Source of the DNA: an uncultured cyanobacterium
GTDB taxonomy: Bacteria; Cyanobacteriota; Cyanobacteriia; Cyanobacteriales; Nostocaceae
DNA length: 64,000 nt
Direction of reading: 5' to 3'
NCBI GenBank assembly: GCA_963740315.1
Contig: CAVUDP010000004.1
Coordinates: 704,001 to 768,000, forward strand
A program made the translations under genes and the position numbers. The stretch's first letter is position 1. Each line of letters opens with the position of its first letter. Under the pieces are notes generated by a model. That model did not search any database. It was not told where the DNA came from and was given only the letters and a program-made list of their open reading frames with translations. Positions 18,291 through 26,525 of this stretch are shown one piece after another.

Positions 18291-20474
18291 CTAAAAACTA
18301 ACTCCTTCAATCCCCAATGTCTTAACCAAAAAAGCCCATTTATCGGCTGCTTCTTCAATAATCTTCGTCGTAGGCTTACCCGCACCATGTCCAGCTTTTG
18401 TCTCTATTCTTATTAAAACTGGTGCTTCTCCGTCGTGGGCTGCTTGCAGTGCTGCGGCAAATTTAAAACTATGAGCGGGTACGACGCGATCGTCATGATC
18501 TGCTGTAGTTATCATTGTTGCGGGATAAGCTGTTCCCACTTTCAAGTTATGCAAAGGTGAGTAAGCATAAAGCGTTTTGAATTCTTCGGGATTTTCCGAG
18601 GAGCCGTATTCGGGAACCCAAGCCCAACCAATGGTAAATTTATGGAAGCGCAACATATCTAATACTCCTACTGCTGGTAAAGCTGCACCGAATAAATCTG
18701 GACGCTGTGTCATGCAGGCTCCTACCAATAATCCACCATTACTACCACCGGCGATCGCTAATTTCTCGGATTTCGTATAACCGTTATCTATCAACCATTC
18801 TGCCGCACTAATAAAGTCATCAAAGACGTTTTGTTTTTTATCTTTGATTCCCGCTTGATGCCATTCTTCACCGTATTCACCACCACCACGTATATTAGGT
18901 ATGGCGTAAACTCCACCCATTTCCATCCATATCAAGCTGCTAACTGAAAAGGTTGGTGTTAAGGAGATATTGAAACCGCCGTAACCGTAAAGGAATGTGG
19001 GGTTATTTCCATCTAGTTTAATTCCTTTTTTATGGACGATAAACATCGGTACTTGAGTACCATCTTTGCTTTTGTAAAAAATCTGTTTGGTTTCGTAATT
19101 ATCGGCGTTAAAATCTACTTCTGGCTGGCGATAAACTGTACTTTTTCCAGTTACCATATCGTAGCGATAGATAGTTCCAGGTGTGGTAAAGCTGGTGAAT
19201 ATATAAAATGTTTCGGTGTCTTCACGTTTGCCATTAAAACCACCTACGGAACCAATACCGGGTAATTCGACTTCTCGGACAAAATTACCGTTAATTTCAA
19301 AAATTTTAATTTGACTGCGAGCATCTTTAAGATATTCGGCAACAAATTGATTGTTAAGAGTTCCGACACTTTCTAATGTTTCTTGAGTTTGAGGAATGAT
19401 TTCTTGCCAATTTTTCGGTTCTGGTTTTTTAATATCGATGGCAATGACTCTGCCTCTTGATGCATTCAAATCTGTTTGGAAATACAACAGATTATCGTCG
19501 TTATCAATTAAACTGTAAGATGATTCAAACTTGCTGATTAATTCAACAACTTCGCTTGATGGATTAGTTAAATCCTTGTAAAAAACTAAGTTTTTAGAAT
19601 CAGTTCCCAACCAAACTGAAATTATTAAATAACGTCCATCTTCGGTAACGCCACCATTGAATCCCCATTCTTTTTCGTCGGAACGTTCGTAAATTAAAGT
19701 GTCTTTCGATTGAGGTTGACCTAATTGGTGATAGTAAAGCTTTTGATAGTAATTAACGTCTTCTAACTTTGTTTTTTCATTTGGTTCATCGTAGCCGCTG
19801 TAGAAAAAACCTTTGCTGTCATTTGTCCAAGAAGCACCGGAAAATTTTATCCACTTTAAATTATCTTTTAAATCTTCGCCCGTTTCAATATTTATTACTT
19901 TCCATTCTTGCCAATCAGAACCAGCAATTGATATACCATAAGCTAAATATTTACCATCATCGCTAATAGATATACCTGAAAGTGCAACGGTACCGTCAAC
20001 TGATAGTTTATTCGGATCTAATAAAACACTTGGTTCATCATCGAGATTTCTTAGAGTATACAAAACGCTTTGATTTTGTAAACCGTCGTTCTTAAAGTAA
20101 AAGTAGCGATTCCCTTCCTGAAAAGGAACCCCGTATTTTTCATAATCCCATAACTTCGTCAAACGTTTTTTTATATCGTCTCTAGCCGGGATTTTCTCTA
20201 AAAAATTAAAAGTAACTTTGTTTTGCGCTTTTACCCAAGCAATAGTTTCTTCAGAATCGGGATTTTCTAACCAACGGTAAGGATCTGCAACTTCCGTACC
20301 GTGGTAATTATCAACTTGTTCGCCTTTACGACTATCTGGGTAGTTCAGTTTTACTTCAGCACTCATGTTTGTTTGGGAAGAAGGTACATTTACATGGTAC
20401 AAAAATGTACAAATAATAACTGTTGTCAAGAAAATAATTAAAAATTTAGGCAGAGGCTTAAACAGTTTGTTCAT
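18291..20474 (-). CDS. Prolyl oligopeptidase (S9A) with N-terminal hydrophobic segment
   Basis: ADPYRWLE, GGSNGGLL nucleophile elbow, DHDDRVVP, AGHGAG. Alternative start at 20366. Confidence 0.96.
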   Translation of the reverse strand: MNKLFKPLPKFLIIFLTTVIICTFLYHVNVPSSQTNMSAEVKLNYPDSRKGEQVDNYHGTEVADPYRWLENPDSEETIAWVKAQNKVTFNFLEKIPARDDIKKRLTKLWDYEKYGVPFQEGNRYFYFKNDGLQNQSVLYTLRNLDDEPSVLLDPNKLSVDGTVALSGISISDDGKYLAYGISIAGSDWQEWKVINIETGEDLKDNLKWIKFSGASWTNDSKGFFYSGYDEPNEKTKLEDVNYYQKLYYHQLGQPQSKDTLIYERSDEKEWGFNGGVTEDGRYLIISVWLGTDSKNLVFYKDLTNPSSEVVELISKFESSYSLIDNDDNLLYFQTDLNASRGRVIAIDIKKPEPKNWQEIIPQTQETLESVGTLNNQFVAEYLKDARSQIKIFEINGNFVREVELPGIGSVGGFNGKREDTETFYIFTSFTTPGTIYRYDMVTGKSTVYRQPEVDFNADNYETKQIFYKSKDGTQVPMFIVHKKGIKLDGNNPTFLYGYGGFNISLTPTFSVSSLIWMEMGGVYAIPNIRGGGEYGEEWHQAGIKDKKQNVFDDFISAAEWLIDNGYTKSEKLAIAGGSNGGLLVGACMTQRPDLFGAALPAVGVLDMLRFHKFTIGWAWVPEYGSSENPEEFKTLYAYSPLHNLKVGTAYPATMITTADHDDRVVPAHSFKFAAALQAAHDGEAPVLIRIETKAGHGAGKPTTKIIEEAADKWAFLVKTLGIEGVSF

Positions 20475-20746
20475 TCAGACTTGGGGGTTGAATTTCAAAC
20501 ACATAGAGCAAGTACGTTATCGTCCATAACGTCTCTCAATGATATACATAAGAAATTCATTTTTACGAATTTTTCTGATTTATTGCCCGAATATCAGAAA
20601 ATATGGGAAAAAATTATATGTAAGTTGAGTTAAACGCATTTCGTGCTTAAAATTTTTAATTTAATATGAAGAACGCGATCGCAGTGATTACGATCGAGGA
20701 AGCAATCTCCTGCTATCAAAAATTTGTAATTTACTTAAAATAGTGG

Positions 20747-20820
20747 TGTTGGGTTACGACACGATAAATGAAGATTCTCGTTACAATCAAATCTAGTTTT
20801 CCTGTCTAACCCAACCTACT
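20747..20820. repeat. GTAGGTTGGG-family doublet (inverted relative to 15596-15668)
   Basis: TGTTGGGTTACGACACGA...TGTCTAACCCAACCTACT. Confidence 0.85.
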
Positions 20821-20879
20821 CCCTAATTTATTCTTTTTTTAGCATCCCTTTGTACGGATGAGCCGAGAATATTTATATT

Positions 20880-21344
20880 TTAATTCTCACATAGCCATTT
20901 ATATAAAGCTTTGTCTTTAGAATCAATTTCTTCAACCGAAGTAAAATAATAATTTTCCCAACCGACTTCCGGTAATCCAGCAAACAGCATAAGATTGAGT
21001 GGATAAACTTCGCTATCGGTACATTTACGAAAGTCGTCTCGAAACAGAAAAATAGCTTTATTGAGTGCTATTGCAATACCTAGTTCGACCATTACCCCTT
21101 CATCAGGAGGTGTACCGTTGACAATAGCGAATATACCATCACAGTTTTTCACATCATCCAAATCCGCTCTAGCAATTTTATAAGCCCAACCCGGTTTTGA
21201 AAAATCCTGTTGGTTATTCCGTTCAAATGGTTCCCAAACTTCTGCTCCCAAAAATTTTAGTTTTTTGCCGATAGGAGGTAGCAGTAGTTCTTTCTGTTGT
21301 TGGGAAAATCCATAGGGATTGGCTAGATAAATTATTTTACTCAT
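20880..21344 (-). CDS. Nucleoside 2-deoxyribosyltransferase family protein
   Basis: IYLANPYGFS, DLDDVKNCD, DEGVMVELGIAIA, NLML. Confidence 0.88.
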   Translation of the reverse strand: MSKIIYLANPYGFSQQQKELLLPPIGKKLKFLGAEVWEPFERNNQQDFSKPGWAYKIARADLDDVKNCDGIFAIVNGTPPDEGVMVELGIAIALNKAIFLFRDDFRKCTDSEVYPLNLMLFAGLPEVGWENYYFTSVEEIDSKDKALYKWLCEN

Positions 21345-21445
21345 GATTAGAAGTCTGAGAAAATAGGAAGATTGTAATTGGTAATTGCTAAGTCTCTATA
21401 AAAAACCCAAAATTTAATAACTCCTAATTCTTAACTCCGGTGATC

Positions 21446-24400
21446 CTAACTACTAGCAACTAATTTCTCACCCTTAAGCATTCTAACGGCAGCTTCTAGT
21501 AAAGCTTCTTCTAAATACGGCTTGGTAAAGTACCCGCTCGCACCTAGTTGAATTGCCATTTGTCTGTGTTTATCGGCACCACGGGAAGTCAGCATGGCGA
21601 TCGGTAAATCGTTCAAATCGGGGTTTTTCTGGATGCGCGATAGCAATTCTAAACCGTCACAGCGGGGCATTTCGATGTCGCAAAATACGATATCGCAAGG
21701 TAAGCCGGAACGCAATTTATCCCAGGCTTCTTGTCCGTCGCGGGCTTGTTCGACGCGATAACCTGCTTTACTAAAGGTGAGTGAAAGCAACTCGCGGACT
21801 GTAATCGAGTCATCAACAATGAGTACTGTGGGGTCAATTTTCGCCTCAACGGGTTCTACGGGTACAAGTGTATCCTTTTGATCCCAAAGGCTGACGCTGC
21901 TTTGTCTGGATGTACGTCCCTCGAAGATGTCGATCAATTCTAATACGTCAACAATCGGCATGATTCGACCATCCCCAAGCACGGTAGCACCTGCTACACC
22001 GATGGGCTTGGGTGCGGGTCCTTCAAATTGTTTAATTACGATTTCTTGTTCGCTTAAAACTTGGTCAATTTGCAGCGCAATCATAGTATTTGCAGAGCGG
22101 ACTATAATTACGGAAACCATGTCGTCATCTCTGTTACCGCCATAAACGTTACCGCGACTTAGCAAACGGTTAAATGTTAATAACTCTGAGAGAGGACGGA
22201 AAGGTAATTTTGTATCGCGCCAGAATATATATTTTTTACCATCAATACCATCCTGAATCTCCTTGAGTGGCATATCCAGAGTATCTTCCACACCATCCAT
22301 AGAGAAGGCAATTCTAGCTTTATCCGAGACGCAAGACAAAGCTTTACAAATACTTAACGTTAGCGGTAAGCGGATAGTAAATGTAGTTCCCTTGCCCAAA
22401 CTAGAATCCGTATTAATTGTCCCACGGATTTCACTGATAGAAGTGCGAACTACGTCCATTCCAACACCGCGCCCTGCAAGCTGATCCGCTTCATCTTTGG
22501 TACTAAAACCGGAATGGAATAACAGCTCGTATATTTCCATCGGGGAGATAATTTTTGCTTCTTGGGGGGTAATTAAACCAACTTTGACAGCTTTATTCTT
22601 AACTTTCTCGGCATCGATGCCAGCACCGTCATCGCTTACAGAAATAATAGTCTGATTACCTTGGTGGAAAGCGCGAATTTTGATTGTTCCTTGCTGCGGT
22701 TTACCTTTTGATTCTCTTTCTTCAGGAGTTTCAATCCCATGAGCGATCGCATTATTAAGTAGATGAGTCAATGGATCGCTTAAATGCTGAAGAATCATTT
22801 TATCGATTAAAGTATCTTGCCCTTCAATAAGCAACTGCACTTGCTTACCGCACTTAATCGAATTATCCCGCACTCCTCGTTCCAAACGAGTTGTTACCTG
22901 AGAAAACGCTTCCATTCGCGATCGCGTTATTCCTTCTTGCAGTTGTGAAGTTACTTGACGAAATTGACGCGCAACTCGTTCGTTTTCTTCTACAACAAAG
23001 TCAATATCACTCGCTGATTCTCTTACCCGTACAATCAATTCAATCATTTCTTGGGACAGGGTATGAAAAGGAGTAAACCGATCCATTTCTAATTCGCTGA
23101 AACCCATGTCACTATTGGTACTATAACTACCAAATCCGCTGGTATCTCTGCGACTAGCTAACAAAGATGCTTCCAATAAGGAACGCTCGTAAAGTTCCTG
23201 CATCCTCGCACCGACATCGGATAAATTTTGTACCTGATGCAGCAGGTTATCAAGCGATTGTCGCATTCTTTCTTGGTCTTGTTCCAAAGTGTTGCGATTT
23301 ACCACCAATTCCCCAACCAAGTTACTCAGGTTATCCAAGTGCTTTACGGGAACCCGCATTAATTGCTCGCTTTTGGCGCTACGAGTAGTTTTGGGAGAAG
23401 TCGCTTTAACCTTGTTTGTACGAGGTATTGATGTATTAGCTTGTTCTAGTAGTTTTTCTAAATCGCCAAATTCATCACTTGTACCTGTCGTAGCTTCAGT
23501 ATTTGCAGTGGCGGATGTATCTGCTTGTGGAGGGTTATCGGGAACGAGCAAATCTGCCAAAGCCGCAAATTCTGCATCTGGGATAAAATCATTATTTGCG
23601 ATCGTTTCAACTTGTTCCTGTTCGAGCAAAGATTCTAACTGAGAAAAATCATCTAGTATTTCTTCAGATTCTTGCTGTAATTCTTTTTCTGCTACCGATT
23701 CGGGGTGAGTTTCGTCAATGCTTGATGAAGGAACTTCTGCGACATTGCGATCGTTTACCTGAGAAAAAGGTAAAAAGGTAATTTCCTCTTCTTTTGATGT
23801 TGCTTGTAAACTAATTTCCTCATCTAAAGGAATATCTTGAGCAAACAAATCATCAACTAGTTGCGCTTGGGTATTAGCTGCGACATCTAAATCTTCTGGT
23901 GCATTATTACTTGCGTTTACCTCTTGTGTTTCCAACTCAAAAGGCGATTGTAATTGAGAATCATTGCTCGAATCATGATTCTCTGAAATTTCAAATTGAG
24001 AATCATCGCTATCTGCTTCAAATAAGTTATCGGGTTCTTCGGAGATAGCAAATAAATCTTCTACAGATGATTGCTGCTCGGAATCATCGCTATCTGCTGC
24101 AAATAAGTTATCGGGTTCTTCGGAGATAGCTAATAATTCTTCTTCTACAGATGATTGCTGCTCGGAATCATCGCTATCTGCTGCAAATAAGTTATCGGGT
24201 TCTTCGGAGATAGCTAATAATTCTTCTTCTACAGATGATTGTTGCTCGGAATCATCGTTATCTGCTGCAAATAAGTTATCGGGTTCTTCGGAGATAGCAA
24301 ACAAATCTTCTTCTACTACAGATGATTGCTGCCCAGAATCATCGTTATCTACTTCAAGAGTAAATACACCATCATCAGCATTATCAAAAACGCCTTCCTC

Positions 24401-26419
24401 CCCACTCAACGCTAATTCCAATAAATCATCTACATCATCCCCTGAGAACAATGAATCAAATTCAGATACGTTGGGAAGATGAATATCTGAATCTTCTACA
24501 AAATCTACTGGCTTTGAATCATTTTCGGCAAAAATATCTTCAGAAGTAGTAGCTTCAATTAGATTTTCCTCTAATGCTTTTGCCACATCTTCGTGAGATA
24601 TAATTTGCGTTTTTTCCCAGATATTACCGGAATTATCTATCGATTCATCTGAGAAATCATCAAATAAATCACCGCCATCTTCATCTGATTCGGGTTTTTC
24701 AAATTCGCCAAATATAGTGTCTAAACCAACCTCATCAAAGCTTGGTAATTCAAATATTTCTTGTGCTGCATCTTCTACCGTATCCTCAGCAGCTTCTGCA
24801 AATAAATTTTCAAAACTAAATGTTTGATTTAAATCGTCAAAACCATCTGAGTAATTATCCGATCGCTCTTTGCTAGAATCAGTTTCACCGAAAAGCGAAT
24901 TTAACTCATCTTCAGCGTAATTTCGTTCGTCGCCATCAAAACCAAGTTCGAGTAAATCGTTAATTTCTTCATCGCTTTGCTCGTTGAAATTTTTGCCATG
25001 AGTATCTTTTAAATTTTCTAAATCTGATTCTAAAAAGTCTTCGCCAAACAACTGCACGATCGTCATTTCTTCTTTTGCAATTGTTGGATCGTCTTTATTA
25101 GTTTCCTCTTCAAACGAGAGAAAATCTTCAAATTCGCGATCGGTTTCTAAGGATTTTTCAATATTGGCTTCTACATCGCCTTTTTCAGCGTTTGCAGCTT
25201 TTAAATCAAGAACTTCTTCTTGTTGCCAAGTTGCATCAAGTTCCGGAGACTCGCCTTCAAATAAATCGGCAAGAGTATTTAATTCGGCTATCCCTACTTC
25301 TGGTCCGTGAATATCTAATTCGTGAATTACTGTCAGCGCATCGCGGTCAAGATTATCATCAATATTATTATCAATTTGCTCGGATAATTCAAATAAATCT
25401 GTAATATTATTTTCTGCTTCAACGCGATCGGCTGCTACTTGAACATCATCGACTGCATTAGCGTCCGTTAAAAATAAAGCCGACTCCGCAACAGCTTCTT
25501 GATAATTATCTACTTCTGCTACTTCTGACTTGACAAGTAATTCCGTGTCGGGTTCATCAATGTCGATATCTATTTCTAATAACTCAATTTCTGCGATCGG
25601 TACTAATGCTTCTAATTGCTCGCTAACGACAATTTCATTTTCTCTAAACTTTAATACTAACTCTAGCGCTTGTTTAATTTCGGTAATAACAATTTTGGCT
25701 AAAGTCAAATAGGTATTTTCTTCATCACCAATAGCCCTTGTAGCCGAACGACACAAATTACTCCAGCAGGATAAATTGCGATTATCGCCCAATTCGGCTA
25801 AATAGTCCGTACATTCCTGAAGACTTTGCCGGTTTTCAGGTGTTGCTGGCTGCTTAAACAATTGCAATATCTGCCGCAGTTTATTCAAGACTTCTGCTTG
25901 GAATTGACTGTTGTTTTTATCTCCAGATGCAGCATCTACCTTCCTCTGTGCAGCATTCTTGACGGTAGCTTGAACAGCGCCATTTCCACTTGTAGATAGT
26001 TTGACAAGTTTATCCAAATGTTCGTTGAGCCAACCAAACACTGGTTCCGCTTCAGACATTAAAGTATTTGCGGCTTCCTCCGTCAAGCCAAAAGGTCCGC
26101 TTAAATGTTCTAATAGCGCTTTGAGAGTATCAGAAACCCCAAGAAACAAAGATTCCAGCTTTTGGTCAATTTTAACTGGATTATCTTTAAGAACTTTGAA
26201 ACAGTCTTCAAGGCGGTGAGAGGTACGTTGAATGCTACTCAAACCAAGCATCGCCGCTCCTCCCTTGATAGAGTGAGCAGCCCGGAAAACCTCATTAATT
26301 AAATCCGGGTCATTAAGAGTACTCTGAAGATTTAACAACCCCTGCTCGATAGTATTCAGGTGGTCTGTTGCTTCTTCAATAAAGTATCCTAAGATGCGCT
26401 GTTGTTGTTCCGGTAGCAT
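21446..26419 (-). CDS. hmpE: CheA-like hybrid histidine kinase (Hpt, long acidic linker, HATPase, CheW, REC); HmpE
   Basis: FRAAHSIKGGAAM Hpt, HLLNNAIAHGIE, SDDGAGID, GRGVGMDVV and a C-terminal receiver; last gene of a patA-cheY-cheW-MCP-cheA cluster. Confidence 0.88.
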   Translation of the reverse strand: MLPEQQQRILGYFIEEATDHLNTIEQGLLNLQSTLNDPDLINEVFRAAHSIKGGAAMLGLSSIQRTSHRLEDCFKVLKDNPVKIDQKLESLFLGVSDTLKALLEHLSGPFGLTEEAANTLMSEAEPVFGWLNEHLDKLVKLSTSGNGAVQATVKNAAQRKVDAASGDKNNSQFQAEVLNKLRQILQLFKQPATPENRQSLQECTDYLAELGDNRNLSCWSNLCRSATRAIGDEENTYLTLAKIVITEIKQALELVLKFRENEIVVSEQLEALVPIAEIELLEIDIDIDEPDTELLVKSEVAEVDNYQEAVAESALFLTDANAVDDVQVAADRVEAENNITDLFELSEQIDNNIDDNLDRDALTVIHELDIHGPEVGIAELNTLADLFEGESPELDATWQQEEVLDLKAANAEKGDVEANIEKSLETDREFEDFLSFEEETNKDDPTIAKEEMTIVQLFGEDFLESDLENLKDTHGKNFNEQSDEEINDLLELGFDGDERNYAEDELNSLFGETDSSKERSDNYSDGFDDLNQTFSFENLFAEAAEDTVEDAAQEIFELPSFDEVGLDTIFGEFEKPESDEDGGDLFDDFSDESIDNSGNIWEKTQIISHEDVAKALEENLIEATTSEDIFAENDSKPVDFVEDSDIHLPNVSEFDSLFSGDDVDDLLELALSGEEGVFDNADDGVFTLEVDNDDSGQQSSVVEEDLFAISEEPDNLFAADNDDSEQQSSVEEELLAISEEPDNLFAADSDDSEQQSSVEEELLAISEEPDNLFAADSDDSEQQSSVEDLFAISEEPDNLFEADSDDSQFEISENHDSSNDSQLQSPFELETQEVNASNNAPEDLDVAANTQAQLVDDLFAQDIPLDEEISLQATSKEEEITFLPFSQVNDRNVAEVPSSSIDETHPESVAEKELQQESEEILDDFSQLESLLEQEQVETIANNDFIPDAEFAALADLLVPDNPPQADTSATANTEATTGTSDEFGDLEKLLEQANTSIPRTNKVKATSPKTTRSAKSEQLMRVPVKHLDNLSNLVGELVVNRNTLEQDQERMRQSLDNLLHQVQNLSDVGARMQELYERSLLEASLLASRRDTSGFGSYSTNSDMGFSELEMDRFTPFHTLSQEMIELIVRVRESASDIDFVVEENERVARQFRQVTSQLQEGITRSRMEAFSQVTTRLERGVRDNSIKCGKQVQLLIEGQDTLIDKMILQHLSDPLTHLLNNAIAHGIETPEERESKGKPQQGTIKIRAFHQGNQTIISVSDDGAGIDAEKVKNKAVKVGLITPQEAKIISPMEIYELLFHSGFSTKDEADQLAGRGVGMDVVRTSISEIRGTINTDSSLGKGTTFTIRLPLTLSICKALSCVSDKARIAFSMDGVEDTLDMPLKEIQDGIDGKKYIFWRDTKLPFRPLSELLTFNRLLSRGNVYGGNRDDDMVSVIIVRSANTMIALQIDQVLSEQEIVIKQFEGPAPKPIGVAGATVLGDGRIMPIVDVLELIDIFEGRTSRQSSVSLWDQKDTLVPVEPVEAKIDPTVLIVDDSITVRELLSLTFSKAGYRVEQARDGQEAWDKLRSGLPCDIVFCDIEMPRCDGLELLSRIQKNPDLNDLPIAMLTSRGADKHRQMAIQLGASGYFTKPYLEEALLEAAVRMLKGEKLVASS
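24000..24350 (-). repeat. In-frame 84-bp (28 aa) tandem repeat, about four copies, in the CheA linker
   Basis: AATAAGTTATCGGGTTCTTCGGAGATAGC recurs at 81/84/84-bp spacing; peptide EPDNLFAADSDDSEQQSSVEEELLAISE. Confidence 0.92.
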
Positions 26420-26525
26420 AGTATAGCCGTCGTTGTGAGTTATGAGTTATGAATTACAAGTTACGAGCTACGAGTTATGAGGTGTAATTTTTATTCCTCA
26501 CTCATCACTCCTCACTCTTAACTTT

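Noticed and set aside
16455..20474. RiPP or cyanobactin cluster around the two peptidases
   Set aside because: No precursor peptide, modification enzyme or transporter is nearby.
14854..21344. Classical integron with attC sites
   Set aside because: No tyrosine integrase is present, genes are in mixed orientation, and the boundaries are GTAG/CTAC rather than RYYYAAC...GTTRRRY. Kept only as an analogy.
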